Position numbers and translations under genes: made by a program
NCBI GenBank assembly: GCA_008632985.1
Contig: QPGO01000179.1
Location: forward strand, 1 to 64,000
Reading direction: 5' to 3'
Source of the DNA: Psammoneis japonica
Lineage: Eukaryota
DNA: 64,000 bases
Notes under the pieces: model-generated
Database searches by the model: none
Seen by the model: only the letters and a program-made list of their open reading frames with translations
Told to the model about the DNA's origin: nothing
In this document: positions 1 through 13,600 of the stretch, piece by piece
Position numbering within the stretch: the stretch's first letter is position 1
Layout of the letters: each line of letters begins with the position of its first letter

Positions 1-169
1 GTGCAACACAGACAGATTGACTTGAGGAGCGGGTGCCACCCCGTTGGTCACAGACGCAACCGGCAAGTGATTTGACGCGTGCGCGACCTTGAGCGAACCG
101 ACGCCATCAATGTGCACTCGAAATGAGTCCTCGTCTCCCTCATGTTTTCCTGTCACGCCATGTTCCTCA

Positions 170-470
170 CTGCAGAGGCGTTGTGGGGATAGAAGACGTT
201 GTCCGGCCTGAGGTACATGGTGCGCCATCGTCTTGACGACGAGCTCCGAGCCGTCCTCGTTGTGGAAAACCCAGGAGACGGGTCCGATGCCGGCGATGGT
301 CAAGCCATTTGCTAGACCCCCAAGCTTCAATGGGCCATCAGGGATCGTCAGAGGTCCGACAAAGTCGTTTTCATCGTAAGCAATGGCTAAGGATGCGCCA
401 GCATCGCATGTGACGGTGTGGCGCTCATGTGCTGGGCTCAGCAAAGCTTGCGGGTCGGCGGCGAGTTGCG
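170..470 (-). pseudogene. copia aspartic protease domain; catalytic DTG changed to DAG
   Basis: Manual translation of the minus strand: HTVTCDAGASLAIAYDENDFVGPL...GLANGLTIAGIGPVSWVF...AHHVPQAGQRLLSPQ. Confidence 0.8.
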
Positions 471-1031
471 CTAAAGAACGTTGGCCCGTCAACACCTGCA
501 CAGAGGCATGAGCAGGACAGGCTTCGGTTCCGTCAGTAGCTGCCTGGAGAAGCTTCACAGGGTCTTGCCATGGAGTGGTGTCCACGAAACCAAACTTGGT
601 GGACAGCTCGTCGAAACGAAAATAGTCCGGAGAGAGCTCCTCAACCGCATCAAAGTAATGGCTCGGCTCGTTCGGGAGCGGGCCGAGGGCTTCCTCTGAA
701 TCACAGGTGTCGAAGTGGGACTCGAGGTCTTCTCGAGCTGGAGGGATGCAGCGGCCTGGGGAAGAGCATGCGTCGTTCTCCCAGAGCTGCGTGAATTTCT
801 TGCTCAGATGATGGTCCGGATCGCGCTCCACAAATTCGGCAAGCACTTGTCGCGCCTTGATCTTGTTGCATTCCACCAAACTGCCCGGATCTAACACTGT
901 CTTGTCGTCCAGTTCTTCAATGATCGAGCAGACCTGAGAGCTGGCTTTGGAGAAGCGAGAAGGGACATTGGAGAATGGATGCGTGGGAAGCTGACCGTTG
1001 AAAACAGACGCCCAGACCATGATAGCTCCAG

Positions 1032-3194
1032 TCAGCACCATCCAGGTAGAGGGGAAACCGTGAATGGTTGGGATGAATGCCTTACGGCGCATGCGACGAG
1101 GTAAGACAGGAATCGGCGCACAGCAAATGTGTGGTGCCGTTTCCCAGAACATGGCAAACAGCCAGAAAACTCGGAGCTTAAAAAGTTCCAGAAAAGCTCA
1201 AGACGAGAGCTCGGCGTTGCCTCCTCGACGCTACAATCAACATCTTGGGGTTCGGGATCGTAAAATTCGAAACCGCGATGCTGGGTGCTTGGAGGTAAGT
1301 GCTCGTAGCTGTCTTCGAAAGGCAGGATGCTTGCCCCGGAAACGAGATCGTCTAACACGTCGTCGGACAGACCTTCCACGTGAGTTGCGATCGTGTCATA
1401 AAACACGTCCGGATTTTGAATCTCGTGCATGGCATAGGCCGGAAATAGCTCGATAGCTGACGGTAGGGAGTCAAAAGAGGAGTGAGCGTCGGAGCACTCG
1501 GAGTAATCGTCAGCGTCTTCAGGGTCAACCGTTTCGACCAAGATGGGAGCGGGTTTGGCCACGGTAGTCTCCCTCTCGGCCGATGGAGCAGGAGTGAACG
1601 AGACGGTCGTAGTCACTGGAGTCGAACTCAAAGAGTCGTCCACAGGTGCACACCACATGCCGCAATAAACCAGCTCGTTAGGGTCAGAGGGTTCGTCGGT
1701 AGGCGGAGACGTCGTCTGCTCGGGAGGACCAAAAGGAATGCCCGAAGAGGGGTCCGACACAGCAGATAAATTTGCCGCAGCGGTGGTTTCGGTGTTGACA
1801 GACGGTTTCCCGGTGTGTTGAGCGGAGGAGTGGCCTTGACACATGCCCTTCTTGCCCGTTTCCTTGTTCACACACTTGTCGCACCAGTGCCAGGTCGTGC
1901 CTTTCTCATCGGTGACAGTGGCACCTTTGTGAACGAAACACCAGGCCGGCTTGGGTGGTTTCTTGGAAGGGTTAGTCTTCCGGACATCCGGAGGGTCATC
2001 CTTGGACTTGTCCGCCGTGCCCTTTTTGTCCTTCTTGCATTGCTCCTTGCAGGTGGGACACGTGCGTTTGGTGCACCCAACCTTGCCACAGCCGCAGCAA
2101 TGCTTTTCCGAGTTGTCTTTGGCGAGGTTGGATTCCGGGAGCTTGGCTGCTAAGGCAGGCCAATCTTCATCGCTAATGAGTTCGCCATGGGTCTTGGTGA
2201 TCCAGCCAATGAGGCCAACAGGTCCAAGATCCGCACAGTCGGCATCCTTGGGGACTTCTGCCGGGTCACGCAAGCGATGTTTGCGCTCCAAGCGCTTGAC
2301 GGAGTCGAGCTTGGCAAAAACTTGACGATTGAAAAACTCGGAGGATGTCTTTGATGCCTTAGATAAAACAGCAGACCCAGTTTCAACTGGCAACGCATGG
2401 TCCGTCTGCATGATCTTGAGCAGGCGCAGAGCTTCGGTTGCAAGCTCGGTGCAGTCTTTGCCAGGGCAGTTGTCCAGAGTTAAGTTGTTCAACTTTTCCT
2501 TGGCGGCCTTGACGTCAACCAGAGCACTGGCGTTGCAGGTGTCCAGAGCCATCATAAATGAGACAGACCCCGGAAGATCCTTGTAGTTCTTCAAGTGATT
2601 AAACTTGGTTTCAATCTTTTCACGGAAGGTTTCGGTGATGCGCGACTTGACGATGAGTTGTGACAAGCCGATGTCATCGATTTCATGCTGATCGTAGCCT
2701 TCGTCACCTGCAGCCGCCACACGGGTCTCATGTTCCTTCTCAAGGTCTTTGACAGTGAAGGCGTGAAGATGATCAAAAAGGTGCACGACCTTGCCGTCGA
2801 CTTTCTTGAGATGGCAGAAAGTTTCTTGTCCGTGCGACTCGATTGAGTCCTGAATGGTCTTGACGAAGTGGTCTTTGTCCAGTTCAGCACTGGAACCGTT
2901 GGACAACTCAATCTGGCCGTTGAACTTGGATGTGGTTGCCGAAGCGAGTTGATCTCTGAGAGATCGCTCGATGGAGTCGACAGCTTTCGGATGGCGACGT
3001 TGCGAGGCAAAACGGCAGGTGCGGGTGTCGGTCTGCTCGCACTTGTTGTTCAGAGCCGAACCACCCAGATGCACTCCATGAGAGTGGTGGATACCGCCGC
3101 GAAGCGGCGTGGGGATCGTAGGAGGGTTGGTCGAGGTTTGCATCTTGGCGAAGGCCTCAGCAAACATCTTGACGGCATCAGGATCCATGGACAT
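1032..3194 (-). pseudogene. copia gag (start of gag-pol), frameshifted near the 3' end
   Basis: 720-aa ORF with CCGCGKVGCTKRTCPTC knuckle and WHWCDKC...H motif. Several Cys/His residues sit where Tyr is typical of this family. Confidence 0.8.
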
Positions 3195-3360
3195 GGTTGT
3201 GGATGATTCAATGTAGAGGATCGATTAGTGGGGAGGGATTGCGATGTAGATGATCGCCGTTGGATTGCGACATAGAAGATCGCCGTTGGATGGGATGTCG
3301 TCTGTAACGAGACGAACGAGTGGCAGCAACTCCGTTGCGAGTTGACACCGGTGCGTGGAT

Positions 3361-3374
3361 TGGGGTCGTAACCA
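3361..3374 (-). promoter_or_regulatory. putative primer-binding site of copia-1 (TGGTTACGACCCCA)
   Basis: TGG-initiated sequence 2 nt after a CA dinucleotide, about 170 nt upstream of the gag ATG. Cognate tRNA not identified. Confidence 0.4.
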
Positions 3375-4574
3375 CTTGGGATGCAACAATGCACTGTGTA
3401 GGATGGAGAGTTCAGGACTCTCTTGAGGTTGTACAATACAACAGAGGATGATAAGAAGCAGGTTTGGGACAATAAGATACGCTAAAGATACGAATTGTGA
3501 GAAGATCTCACGAGGGATTGGAGATGACATTATGACCTAACGGTCGTGTGTGTCACTCCGATTACTATCGCTAGAAGACTCAACGGACATTTCTTCCGGA
3601 AGAAGAGATCCATGACCGGGAGCGTCATCCGTGAATCAGACTCGGTTGTTGACTCGTGACTCGGCGCTCATTCTGAGAATATGGATGACTTCTGGGCTGT
3701 CATCTACTCTTGTTATGGAAGTTCGCTTAGCTCTTGGACTACAATAGTCGAGGCTATTCCGGATTCGTCCGTACCGTGTACACGCGGAGGAATTGCAGGC
3801 ACGAATGTGTACATTGGCAGGGCATGTCCGGGCAGTGATGTTTATTCCGCCGAGGAACTTGTGTGCACCCCCCACGGCGCTCTCTATCTTGAATCGGGTC
3901 CATCCTCTTGTTTCAACGGCGTCGGCTGTCTACAGGATTCGTGTGTTTTAAGCACTCCTCCTCTGGGTGGCGGTGTTAACGAAACATCTATTTCAGAGAA
4001 TTGCCTCTTTGAAGCGATGACTGGAACTGCCACTGTTCAGCGAATTCATCCTAAAAATTTTAAATTTAGTATGACGAACGCTTCTTTTATGGAAACCGAA
4101 CTGGATGAACAAATCATCGATGAAGCAAAGGAGGAACCAAGCAGATCTCCAGTGTCACAAACCCCAACCAGGTCCCCAAGAAACAGCTGAATGGGCATTG
4201 CGCAGAAGTCACCGCGTGAAATTCGGCTAAATTTTCTAGTGTAGTAGATCCGAAAATGGATTCCGGTACATTCGGTAGAATCGGTGAGGTACTCTAGAGA
4301 TTGAACTATTGTGAAACTGACAGCGCTAATAAGTTGGCAAAACCATAGGGCCTAAGTTGGTTCGAATTAAGGGCTCGTATAACAGCCGGAGATGCCGATT
4401 CAACAATGAGAAAATGTTGCTTAACAACTGTAAGACCCGTTGCTAGTGATAAAACTGTTTGCGATGTGTTATCTAGCTAGTGTAGTGTACTGGAAGTGTG
4501 GGTTAGCCGGCGTCGGCATAGCTGGCAAAGGAGTGATAGCACTTAGAAATTAGATTTGTTCTTTTATTTCAAAT

Positions 4575-7500
4575 CTAGCTCGAATCGTCGTCATCACTGT
4601 CTTCGCCTTCGTCTTCTTCAAGATCAAACAGATCCAAGGTATTTTTTCCAGTTGTAAACAAACCTCCAATCCCACGTGAGCCACTCATCATCATTCTTCC
4701 TGTTTTCGACGACGAATGACTAGCTTGTGATTCCAAATGAACCGTTTGCAGATGTCGCGCTAAGTGTGTGCACAGTGATGCAACGACAGCAATAGCAAGG
4801 TGTGAGGATTCGCCGCATGCGCGTAATAGTTACAATACAAGGATTGAACTCACTCCTGGCAAACACAGTGCCATCGTCGGTTGGGGAATCTTCGCCTTTT
4901 TCTTGTATTGGTTGAACATTGACCACGACGTGTGCATCACACCAGTCGATTACCAACGTACCATCCAAGATGCCTTTTCTGCTATGATGGACTGGGAGCA
5001 CTTGGAACACAAGACTGTCGTATTTAAAAAGCCACAACTCCTCGGATACTGTGTCGTCTATGTCGCGGTGCACCAAAAGGGTCATGGCTTGTCGGCCCTC
5101 TTCACCAGTTCCACTATCCGAACCAGACGACAGAGAACTCTTGCCGTCGTCCCCATAAAAACAGATCTCCTGTACATGGCAGTTTAGAGGGAGGTCGAGG
5201 CGACTCGTAAGGTAGTAGTCCATAGTAGCTTCTTCGACATGCTCTCCGCTGGCGCTGTCGTCGCCCGCTTCCTCATGACGAAGCGGAATACAAACAAGTC
5301 GGATAGAATCGCTTTCTCCAAAAGACGTGACACCGGTTGCAACAATAGCCCAATGACGGCTAAACGAAAGAGCCTTGTCGGTACTATCATTGAGAAGGCG
5401 GGGAAAGAAGAACCCGGTGGCATCGTCCGTTTCAGCCGCCGCTTCGTTTTCGATTCCGATTCTTGTGTGGATCGCAACCGCGCCGCTTGTCGATGGTAAA
5501 TTGAAACGAGTCTGTGCCACAGACTCCGTAAGAGAACGCCGCGGCTGTTCAAAGACTTCAACGACAAGGCGATCTACGTTACTCGCCGCATTAACGATTG
5601 TGGGTGTTTCAATCTGAGATTTTTCTTCGCCTCCTGTGATCAAAACAAACAGAGATCATTTAGGCTCGGGTGAACTGCAACCGAACTTAATAGCAGATCT
5701 CGCGCATACGACAGCACCGCAGCAAACTTACCGTTCAAATTTTCCTCGACTGAATTTGGCGAACGAGGACGTGGTGCATAAACAGTCTCTAAGCTTTCAG
5801 AAAAGTACTCCTAGTTGGGGAGCCGCGCCACAAACGCAGAAAAGTGTAAGATACATTCAGACGTGCCAGTTTCAGTGCCTGCATTGCATCGGTTAGCTTA
5901 CCGATAGTGGTAATCCGAGCAAGGATTCAGTGACGCTTGAGCCGGCACCGGCTTTCCCCGAATTACTCAGCGCTTGTTGCAAAAACTCCGTCATGCGTTG
6001 AACAACGACTTGTGGTACACGCCGTATTTCGGCATTTCCTCGCAAAGCCGAATCCTGCGCTGTGCCCTTGGCCTTGATTTGTGACGCAACTGCCCTTAGC
6101 CACGACATTAAATCCCTTAAACGGAAGCGGAAATCTACCAGGAGGGCAATCCAAAATTGAATCGACACCAAGAGTGTATCACTGGCGCGTACCAACTCCT
6201 CCAGAGTCTCGGGTTCTTCCGTGTCGTTGGCCAGAGCCTCGCTGTATAATTCTCCAACATGATAAACGAGCGCCTGAGCTGGAGCCAACAGCCCTCGATG
6301 AGCTTGCGTTTCTACATTGGCAACCGCACTAAAGAGCGAGCGCTCCAATCGCTGCACCAGTTGATCATTCATTTGAATCCCCGTAAAGAATTGATCCATG
6401 GCAGAAGATGCAGGCGCGTCCTTAACGTTTCCAACCAGAATAAACTGAAACAAAATCTGCGCAAGGTCCTGTTCCACTCCGTACCTTTCAAGTATCAGAA
6501 CGAGGTGCAGCAACTTTGTATCGAGTGGGTGAAGCGCTGCCCGCAAGGACGCCAAGCATTCTCGCCCGCTCGTTTGAATGGCTTTTAAATGCATTGTAAT
6601 GTTGCAATACAAAGAAGCCATGATTTGGTAGTGATATCGCTGGGTACAAAGCATCGGCATATGATGAAGCAAGAGATGATTATTGTTCCACGACAAGAGG
6701 TATGTAAGGTCGGAGCAGCATGCCATCTGCAAGTTTGTCAAGACCTGACCGCAGGGAAGCGTAGCAACGTGATAGCGTCCACAAAGATACAACCTGATGC
6801 CGTTTGTTTCTGTTGCTACACTCAAGATACTCAATGGGGTCTTGCATGATGGTAGTGAGCGTGTCGTGGCAGTGACGGACGAATTCGCATCTGTGAGGTG
6901 TTCTGCGTGCTCTGGATGATATGCCTTGTGCGGATCATGATATGCACTCGGAGGCAAAAACACATTGACTCGGTCCAGATATCGAGACCTTAACCTGTAT
7001 ATGATAGAAACGATAGCGAACGCAAATACATGTAGTTCATAAGAGTAGTTACATGCAAGATGAATGAGTCAAGAAGCAACATGCAAAGAAATTTCGTACA
7101 ACACCAAACACGCACCTCCACGTCTCCGCTTGTTCGAGTTCATCGTCGCTTAAGTTCCATTCTGAATGAGGCTTCCCCACATGTGACCAGCATAATCCCA
7201 TAATACAATCATCGATACCTGTAATTACGTGAACCAGTCCGCTTTGCGTGGCATCGCCCAACATGCTCAAGTCTCCACTCAACGTTGTTGGTGATGCGTG
7301 TGGCGACATGATTGATTCAACGTGGTGCAACTCAACGTTTCCATTCGGTAGTGCTATGCCCATTGTGCTGCCGTTGGGACTCCATACCACCGAAAGAGGT
7401 CTCGTAGCTGTCGCGTCGGCGTTTCCGTCCGTGTCGTTGTATTCGAGAGCAGCTAGTCGTTGCCAAGATACCGTTCGATGCAAATACAACTTATGCGAGA

Positions 7501-7615
7501 GAGACAGCAGGACCAAGTCCATGGAAGGACACAGAGCACATCCAGACAGTTTAAGGGGAGTTCCCAATCGTCGAGACTGAACGGAAGCAAAGCATTGCTT
7601 GGTATTCTCCGTCAT
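4575..7615 (-). CDS. ANAPC4: Anaphase-promoting complex subunit 4; exons 7615-7116, 6994-5902, 5810-5732, 5633-4854, 4759-4575 (2637 nt, 878 aa)
   Basis: N-terminal CPSMDLV...LHRTVSWQRL...WSPNG WD40 segment, central APC4 helical domain, C-terminal SGSRGIG...LFDLEEDE. Four GT-AG introns join in frame to a TAG at 4577-4575. Normal Tyr and TpA content. Confidence 0.9.
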
Positions 7616-10600
7616 GGTCAACTCATATTCTGGCCGCTGCTTTTTTTTGCGCGCATCTATCGCGCATCCAACAAGATCGTCTGTCTGGCGAAATCCAGCC
7701 GAAGAGTGCAGAAAACCCAAAGTCAGATGAGCATCGCCGTGATGAAAATCAAAACTGGCAAAATGGCTCAATGAGAGCACAATTGAGCCAAATCAAAAAG
7801 GTCACAAATTCATCATCATCATGTGAGGCCAGTGCAAGCACGTGTGGTGCATGGCATTGCAGACTCTGCTGCTCTTCTTGACTGAGTGGAGACACACATC
7901 ACCGCCAGGGGACTGTCAGAAAACTCCTCATCTCCAGACCTGGGTCATCCACTTGGAGTTTGCACAAAGAGCAAGCAAAAGGAAGAAGTTCTCACAAAAG
8001 TGTTGCCACCTGCAGCCCTTTCAAACCCAACCCTCTTCTGGCCACACCATTTCCCTGAACTCATTTTTCTTTTCTCAACCACTGGGACTCTGCAAACCCA
8101 CTTGCTCTCTGTTTTTAATGTGCTGCTCCCCATCTTGCTCCTGTTCTTCTCCCCATTCTTTTTGCCTCTCTTGCTCACACTCTTTTTTCTCTTTTCTGGC
8201 ACACTTCCAACTTTCCACATTCACTCAAACTGACCCACAACACCTTCATTGATGTCTTGAGGTTCCAACAAAATTCCCCTGGTTGTTTGCCCATCATCAT
8301 CTGACCAATGACAAGCACTGTGAGCCAAAAGCTGAGCCTTGTCTGTGAGCCAAAAGGACAGTGCCTTGGAGCAACAGAAGCACCAGCATCTGCATCTGCT
8401 GCAATGAGAGGCTTGTTTGCTTGGGTGCATTTTGCCACCATCTGCTCCCCTGCAAGTGCTTCAACAAATGTTGCTGTGTGTGCTTGGAACACGAACCTCA
8501 ATGTTGGACAGAGTCTCTGGCACCAAAGAGTCCATGGCCAAGATGTGCAGCCATCTCTGGAGCGGTCTTGTTGTTGAGCAAGCCACTTTGTTCCAAGCAG
8601 GAGAGACCACTTTGGAACAACAACAGGAGCAGCAGCACACTCCATGGATGCTTGTCAATGCTCTTCTCCTGCTTTGTCTTCCATGAAGATGCAGCAATGC
8701 TGCTGCATTGAGAAGTGTCACAGCCACATCAAGGAGTCTCTTGTTTGTGCCAAAGAAACACCAAGGTTCATGCCATCTCTTTTGGTCAATGCTCTTGTTG
8801 AGCAAACCACTTGTGGCTTGTCCAGGGGGCACTTTAACACAACAGTGGGAGCAAGAGCAGTGCTGGTGCACACAATGAGGGGCCCCATGACTGCACTCAT
8901 TCTTTTCCTCTGCCTGTCCTTCTGCCAAACATTTGACCACACCACCACATTGACTTGTTGAACATGAGCACAAGCACCATTGCTGGGCAGAATGTCTTGT
9001 GCTAAAAGAGCCACAGCTGGTGACATGTCGTGAGCAGCGTTGTCTTTGAACAAGCTGCTTCCAAGCTGGGGAAACTTTCTTTCTAAAAGAAGAAAAGGAG
9101 TGACAGCAGCACTCTGGCATCTGTGGTGAGGGGCTCTTGTGCTTTGTGGCACACTCTTCTCCTGCACCCTCTCCACTCTTCTTCTGCCAAGATTCAATCA
9201 TGCTGCTGTGCTGATTTGGGAGATGGGGGTGCTGTCACTGGTCAGAGTCTCTTGCAGCAAGATCAACACAGCCAATGTTGTCTCTTGGGCAGGGTGTGCC
9301 CAGGTTGTTGTGGAAGCAGGTGTGCTTGCTCCTGCTGTTGCCTCTTGGACACAGCTCTCTCCTGTGAATGCAAAACTTCCTCTTGTTGCCAGAGCACTTG
9401 TTGACATCCAGGTGCAGAAGTCATTTGAAGACTGTGTGGCTGTCTGTCATTGCACAATGCCCGTGAGTGCCCATTGTTTCATCAAAGCACAGTGGCTTTT
9501 TTGAACCCAGCAGGCTGTGCATCAGCAACCAGTCAGAGTGAGCTCTGGCTGCTGGGTTTCCATTTGTGATGGTCTTGAAATGAACTGGCTTGGTTCAGGG
9601 TTCAGGCCCAGATCTCATCAACTGTGCTTCAATGTCTGCTGACTCATCAAGCCAGCATGCATTGCAATTGCATGGAGTGATGCCAGACCAAGCAACAAAT
9701 GACTGTCATTGGAGATGTTTCAGAGCATGCCCAATTGCAAAAAGCAAGCGCTGTGTCATGGGAAATCTTGCTGCTTTTGAGTTGAAAGCTTGCTGTGGTT
9801 GTTTTCAACAGCAGCACAAGAGTGCCCCACGATGCCTGCCATTGGAGCTGCACAGAGAGAGAGAGGTTGCACCCCCCAATTTTTGTTCAAACATCTTGGA
9901 TGCACCTGCATGGGCTCTGTCATGAAGCAAGAGTTGCAACTCTGCTTTGAGTGCAAGCACTTGCTCTGCAGTTTCTGGTTTGTGTCACAGAAACTTGCAG
10001 CTGCATCCAGGCAAAGGCACAGATTTGGATTTCTTGGAATCCATTGTGGAAGCAAATCTTGACATTGCACTCCAAGCCATCTCAAAACCTGTGACCAGGT
10101 TTCTCAATTTGAGACATCATGTGTCTTGTCTGCCAACCCATCTGCAAAACTGGCTGCCCCCCAGCCATGACAAGACCAGACTTGCATCCTGGAACACACT
10201 TCACTTGGACATCATTCTACAACAAATCCTCTTGCATTGGTGCTGTTGTGATTCTTCAGAATCATGTGTCAGACGGCCTGGAGTTCGCAAGTGATGAAGC
10301 CCACGCTCATGGCATCAGTTCTCAAATGTGCTGCAGGTGTTTGCCTGGCAGAAGATGCATTGAGAGATCTCATTCTCAGAGCCAGCAATCTGCCATTGTG
10401 ATGGAATGGCTGTGAGTCAGTGTCAAAACATGACAACCCAAAGAATGCGAAAAGCAAACTCTGTTGCTGCCACCCTCACAAGTCAGTGGCCGAGAATGTG
10501 CGACACAGGAAGGGTGCCTTTCAAAACCTCAACCAGCTGTTGGGGTGTGGCTTTGGACCCATCAAAGAAAGATGAGGCAGCTGGGTTGTTTGATTGGAGG

Positions 10601-13600
10601 GAAGAAGAAATGGAAGAGCTCAAAAAACTGAAGCTGCCTGGAAACTGAGACAGCTTGGTGGAAAAACAGTTCTGACATTTGTGCTGTTTGTTTGAGCTCA
10701 CTTGTGCTCTTTCTTTGGAGCCCAGGAGAAACATGTCAAGCAATCCAGCATGAGAGTGGCAGCTGCACTGTCATGGCAAGGATTGAAATGGGAGTGCATG
10801 CAGAAGAGAGCAAAGCAGAGATGCGGTCGACATGATGATGCAGGCACCGTGGAACAGAGGTGCTGCCAGAGTGAAGCTGCTCTGCCGGCAGCTCTGGCTG
10901 AAGAGCAGTGGCTGGAGCAGCAGCAGCAGCAGCAGTGGTGCAGTGGGTCATTTTCTTGTTTTCGTTTCGAGCATGTGGACCCACATCCATGAATGTTTGG
11001 CAAAAAAACTGTGGCCAATGTTTTCCTCCACACTTGTGCGGCACGACAATCCGCAGTGCTGCACAGTGTTGTCACGGGCAAGTTGTTCTGCACAGAATGC
11101 TGGCATCACCTTGCGTGGGATTTTTTAATCAGACTGATCAGAAAACACTGTCAATTGACAATTTTCCCCTTGCATGGACGATGTTTTGCTTTGGAATCTT
11201 GCACAAGCACTTGCCAGCATGTTGGAGGCACAAACACTCTTGCAACTGCCCAGTGAAGCCAGACACCGTCAGCAGAATGTGAGCCACAAACAACCACTGG
11301 ATGGCCAACCCTCCTGGGCACACTTGGATTCAAAGGGAAGTGACAGGCCATCCCACTCATGCTTCCGCTGTTTGTCACAAAGGTTCCATGGAGCAGAGGC
11401 ACAAGCAGGTTGCAGAATTTCTGCCTGCAGAGGAGTGCTTGCGGGTTGATCTCAAGAATGGCACCATTTGCCAGGACGAATTTTTGTTCGTCGCCAATCA
11501 GCACCTGCAGCGGGTTTGAAATGCAAAGAACAAGGCCTGCTTGGATCATTGCCGACCTTCGCTTCACAGGGCGGGGGATGCTGGACTGGGTGTTGCATTG
11601 AACAGTGCTTTCCATCTGGAGATTGGCGAAGAGGCAAAAATTTGCCAATGGTCACTGCTCCTGGCACCTTGTTGACTGGAGAGAAAAAATGCACAACAGC
11701 TGGCAATCACAATGCATTGCTCATCAGACTTAGAATTGCTGGTGTGGAAACTGATGACTTTTTGTCTCACAGCCACATTTGGAGTTGGGTCCAATTTTGA
11801 AGTGCAAGGGAGCTTCAGCTAAAGTGCAACTGCTTTTGCATCTTTGTCCTCCACCGGCAGTCAGCTCTCCACAGATCAAGAGCAGGCACCATTGGCTTTT
11901 GTTCGGATGGCAACCCAAATTTGCAGTCCACCACATCATTGCAAGCGCACAGGCAAACAGCGCAGAAATGGTCCAGCAGTGCATTTCGATGACAGGCTTG
12001 GGACTTGGAGTGGAAAATGCCCCCCACCGGCTTGGAGGCCAGGAAAGAAAGCAAAGGACCACCCTGAAACACAGATGCAAGGGAGCATTGTGCACGAAAA
12101 CAGAAACCACGACAGCGATTCCACAAGTGCTGCGACCGTCATTGCAGTCCATGGGCGCACACACGGAATGACCAAAGCGCAATTGCAGATTGCCACACTG
12201 TCCTTTTGGTCTTTCTGCTGCCACTGCAAAGGCTCAAATTGTGCATCAAAAAAATTGAAACACACCAATGTCAAAAGCGGCAATTGAAGTCGGTTGCGCA
12301 GGGTGATGTTGCCTCAAGAGCTCCATCAAAAGATGGCGCTCAAGCTTTTGCGCATCTTCAGAGTGAAATGTCGCTCAAAAAAAGTGAAAGGGGGGATGCA
12401 CTGCGGAGACAACAAGAAAACTTCAAAGTCAACCGCATTCTAAATCAACACTCCCTGCAAGTGAAGACCTGCCGCATCATGTCACTGATGCGACGGAACC
12501 CCAAACCCGCGTTCTGTCAATGGCATGATCTGCTTTGCGAGCTTTTGCTGCTTCACAGACAAGCACTGCTGTCTGTTTCAACAGCCGTGACCTGACGGGT
12601 CAAGCAAACAGGCAACTTCCTGCACTCAAAGACACAAGAGTGACATGGTCTCAAGGCCGGAGAGACGCGCTTGATTTGCCCCAACCTCTGGACTTGGCTG
12701 GCAACACCTGCGCCACCCAGAGACAAAACGTCAGCAAGCAAAATGATTCGTGGAGCACCAAACCGGAGCTGGCATTCTGTTCCAGAGGAAGGCAAGCCAT
12801 CATTGGCAATGGCTGCAATCCTTGCTTGGTGAACAACAAACACATCATGCAAGATGACAAGTTGTGATTGATCGAAAGCAAGAGCTCAAAAGAACAAAGC
12901 TTTCCGAGAGATTTTGCGTGTCACACAACTGTTGCTGAATTTCTCAATCACTGTCCTTTTTGTGCATGTTTGTAAAATTGATGCCATGAATTTGCATGTA
13001 GAAGATTCGCAGGAACGCAGTGCTTTCATTGACATTGCCAATTCCTGCGCACACTTTGCGGCAACCATCGAAAATGCAAAAAAACTGCCAGACGTTTCGC
13101 TTGAGGCCTGAGCTCCCAAATTCTCCAGACTCCAAGCAGCACCGCACTTCACTCACCATGTGACTTGAGACTGCCGCCTGCCGCCACTCCCAGCTGGGAG
13201 GTCTGCAAGTGGTGCGGAAGGCCTGCCGCCTGCTGCCCAACATGGCAATGTCATTCAGTGAGGGCGCAAAACGCACGGGTGTCACACCCGGGCAGGCATG
13301 ACGCACGGATTCAAAAACAGGTGTTAAACTCCAATTCATTCATGGGGTGTGACACTTGGGGGTCACACCCGCATTGTTTGCACGGGTGTGAAGCACCGGG
13401 TGTGATGCCTGGTTTTCATCAGTGTAGAATTCAGCAGGACAAGTGCCAAAGAGCCAACAATCAACATCAAATCACTCAACAGTCAACCAGCACTGCGTTT
13501 GCATCCAAGTCGATGCCACAGTGTGATTCTTGCAGCATCTGTCAAGGCCAACACAAGTCCAATTGCCTCAACACATCACAAGTCAAACATTCATGCCCAC

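Larger units (their letters stand above)
1..3870 (-). mobile_element. Ty1/copia (CoDi-like) LTR retrotransposon, 5' part (LTR, gag, protease); runs off the left edge; lightly TpA-mutated
   Basis: Gag ORF with Cys/His knuckles and a downstream aspartic protease reading VTCDAGAS...GIGPVSW...AHHVP...RLLSPQ. A putative LTR end CA is followed by AG-TGG (PBS-like) at 3377-3372. The outer LTR boundary is a guess. Confidence 0.85.

Noticed and set aside
1000..1800. Strand-asymmetric mutation (more RTAR than YTAY on the plus strand)
   Set aside because: Explained by retained Tyr codons and stop avoidance on the minus coding strand.
3681..4190. 169-aa ORF as a gene
   Set aside because: No recognisable domain; it probably straddles the copia LTR edge and flanking DNA.
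7842..13200. Numerous Cys/His-rich ORFs as metal-binding proteins
   Set aside because: They are a by-product of TA loss, overlap in all frames and show no recognisable domain. The underlying relics could not be identified.
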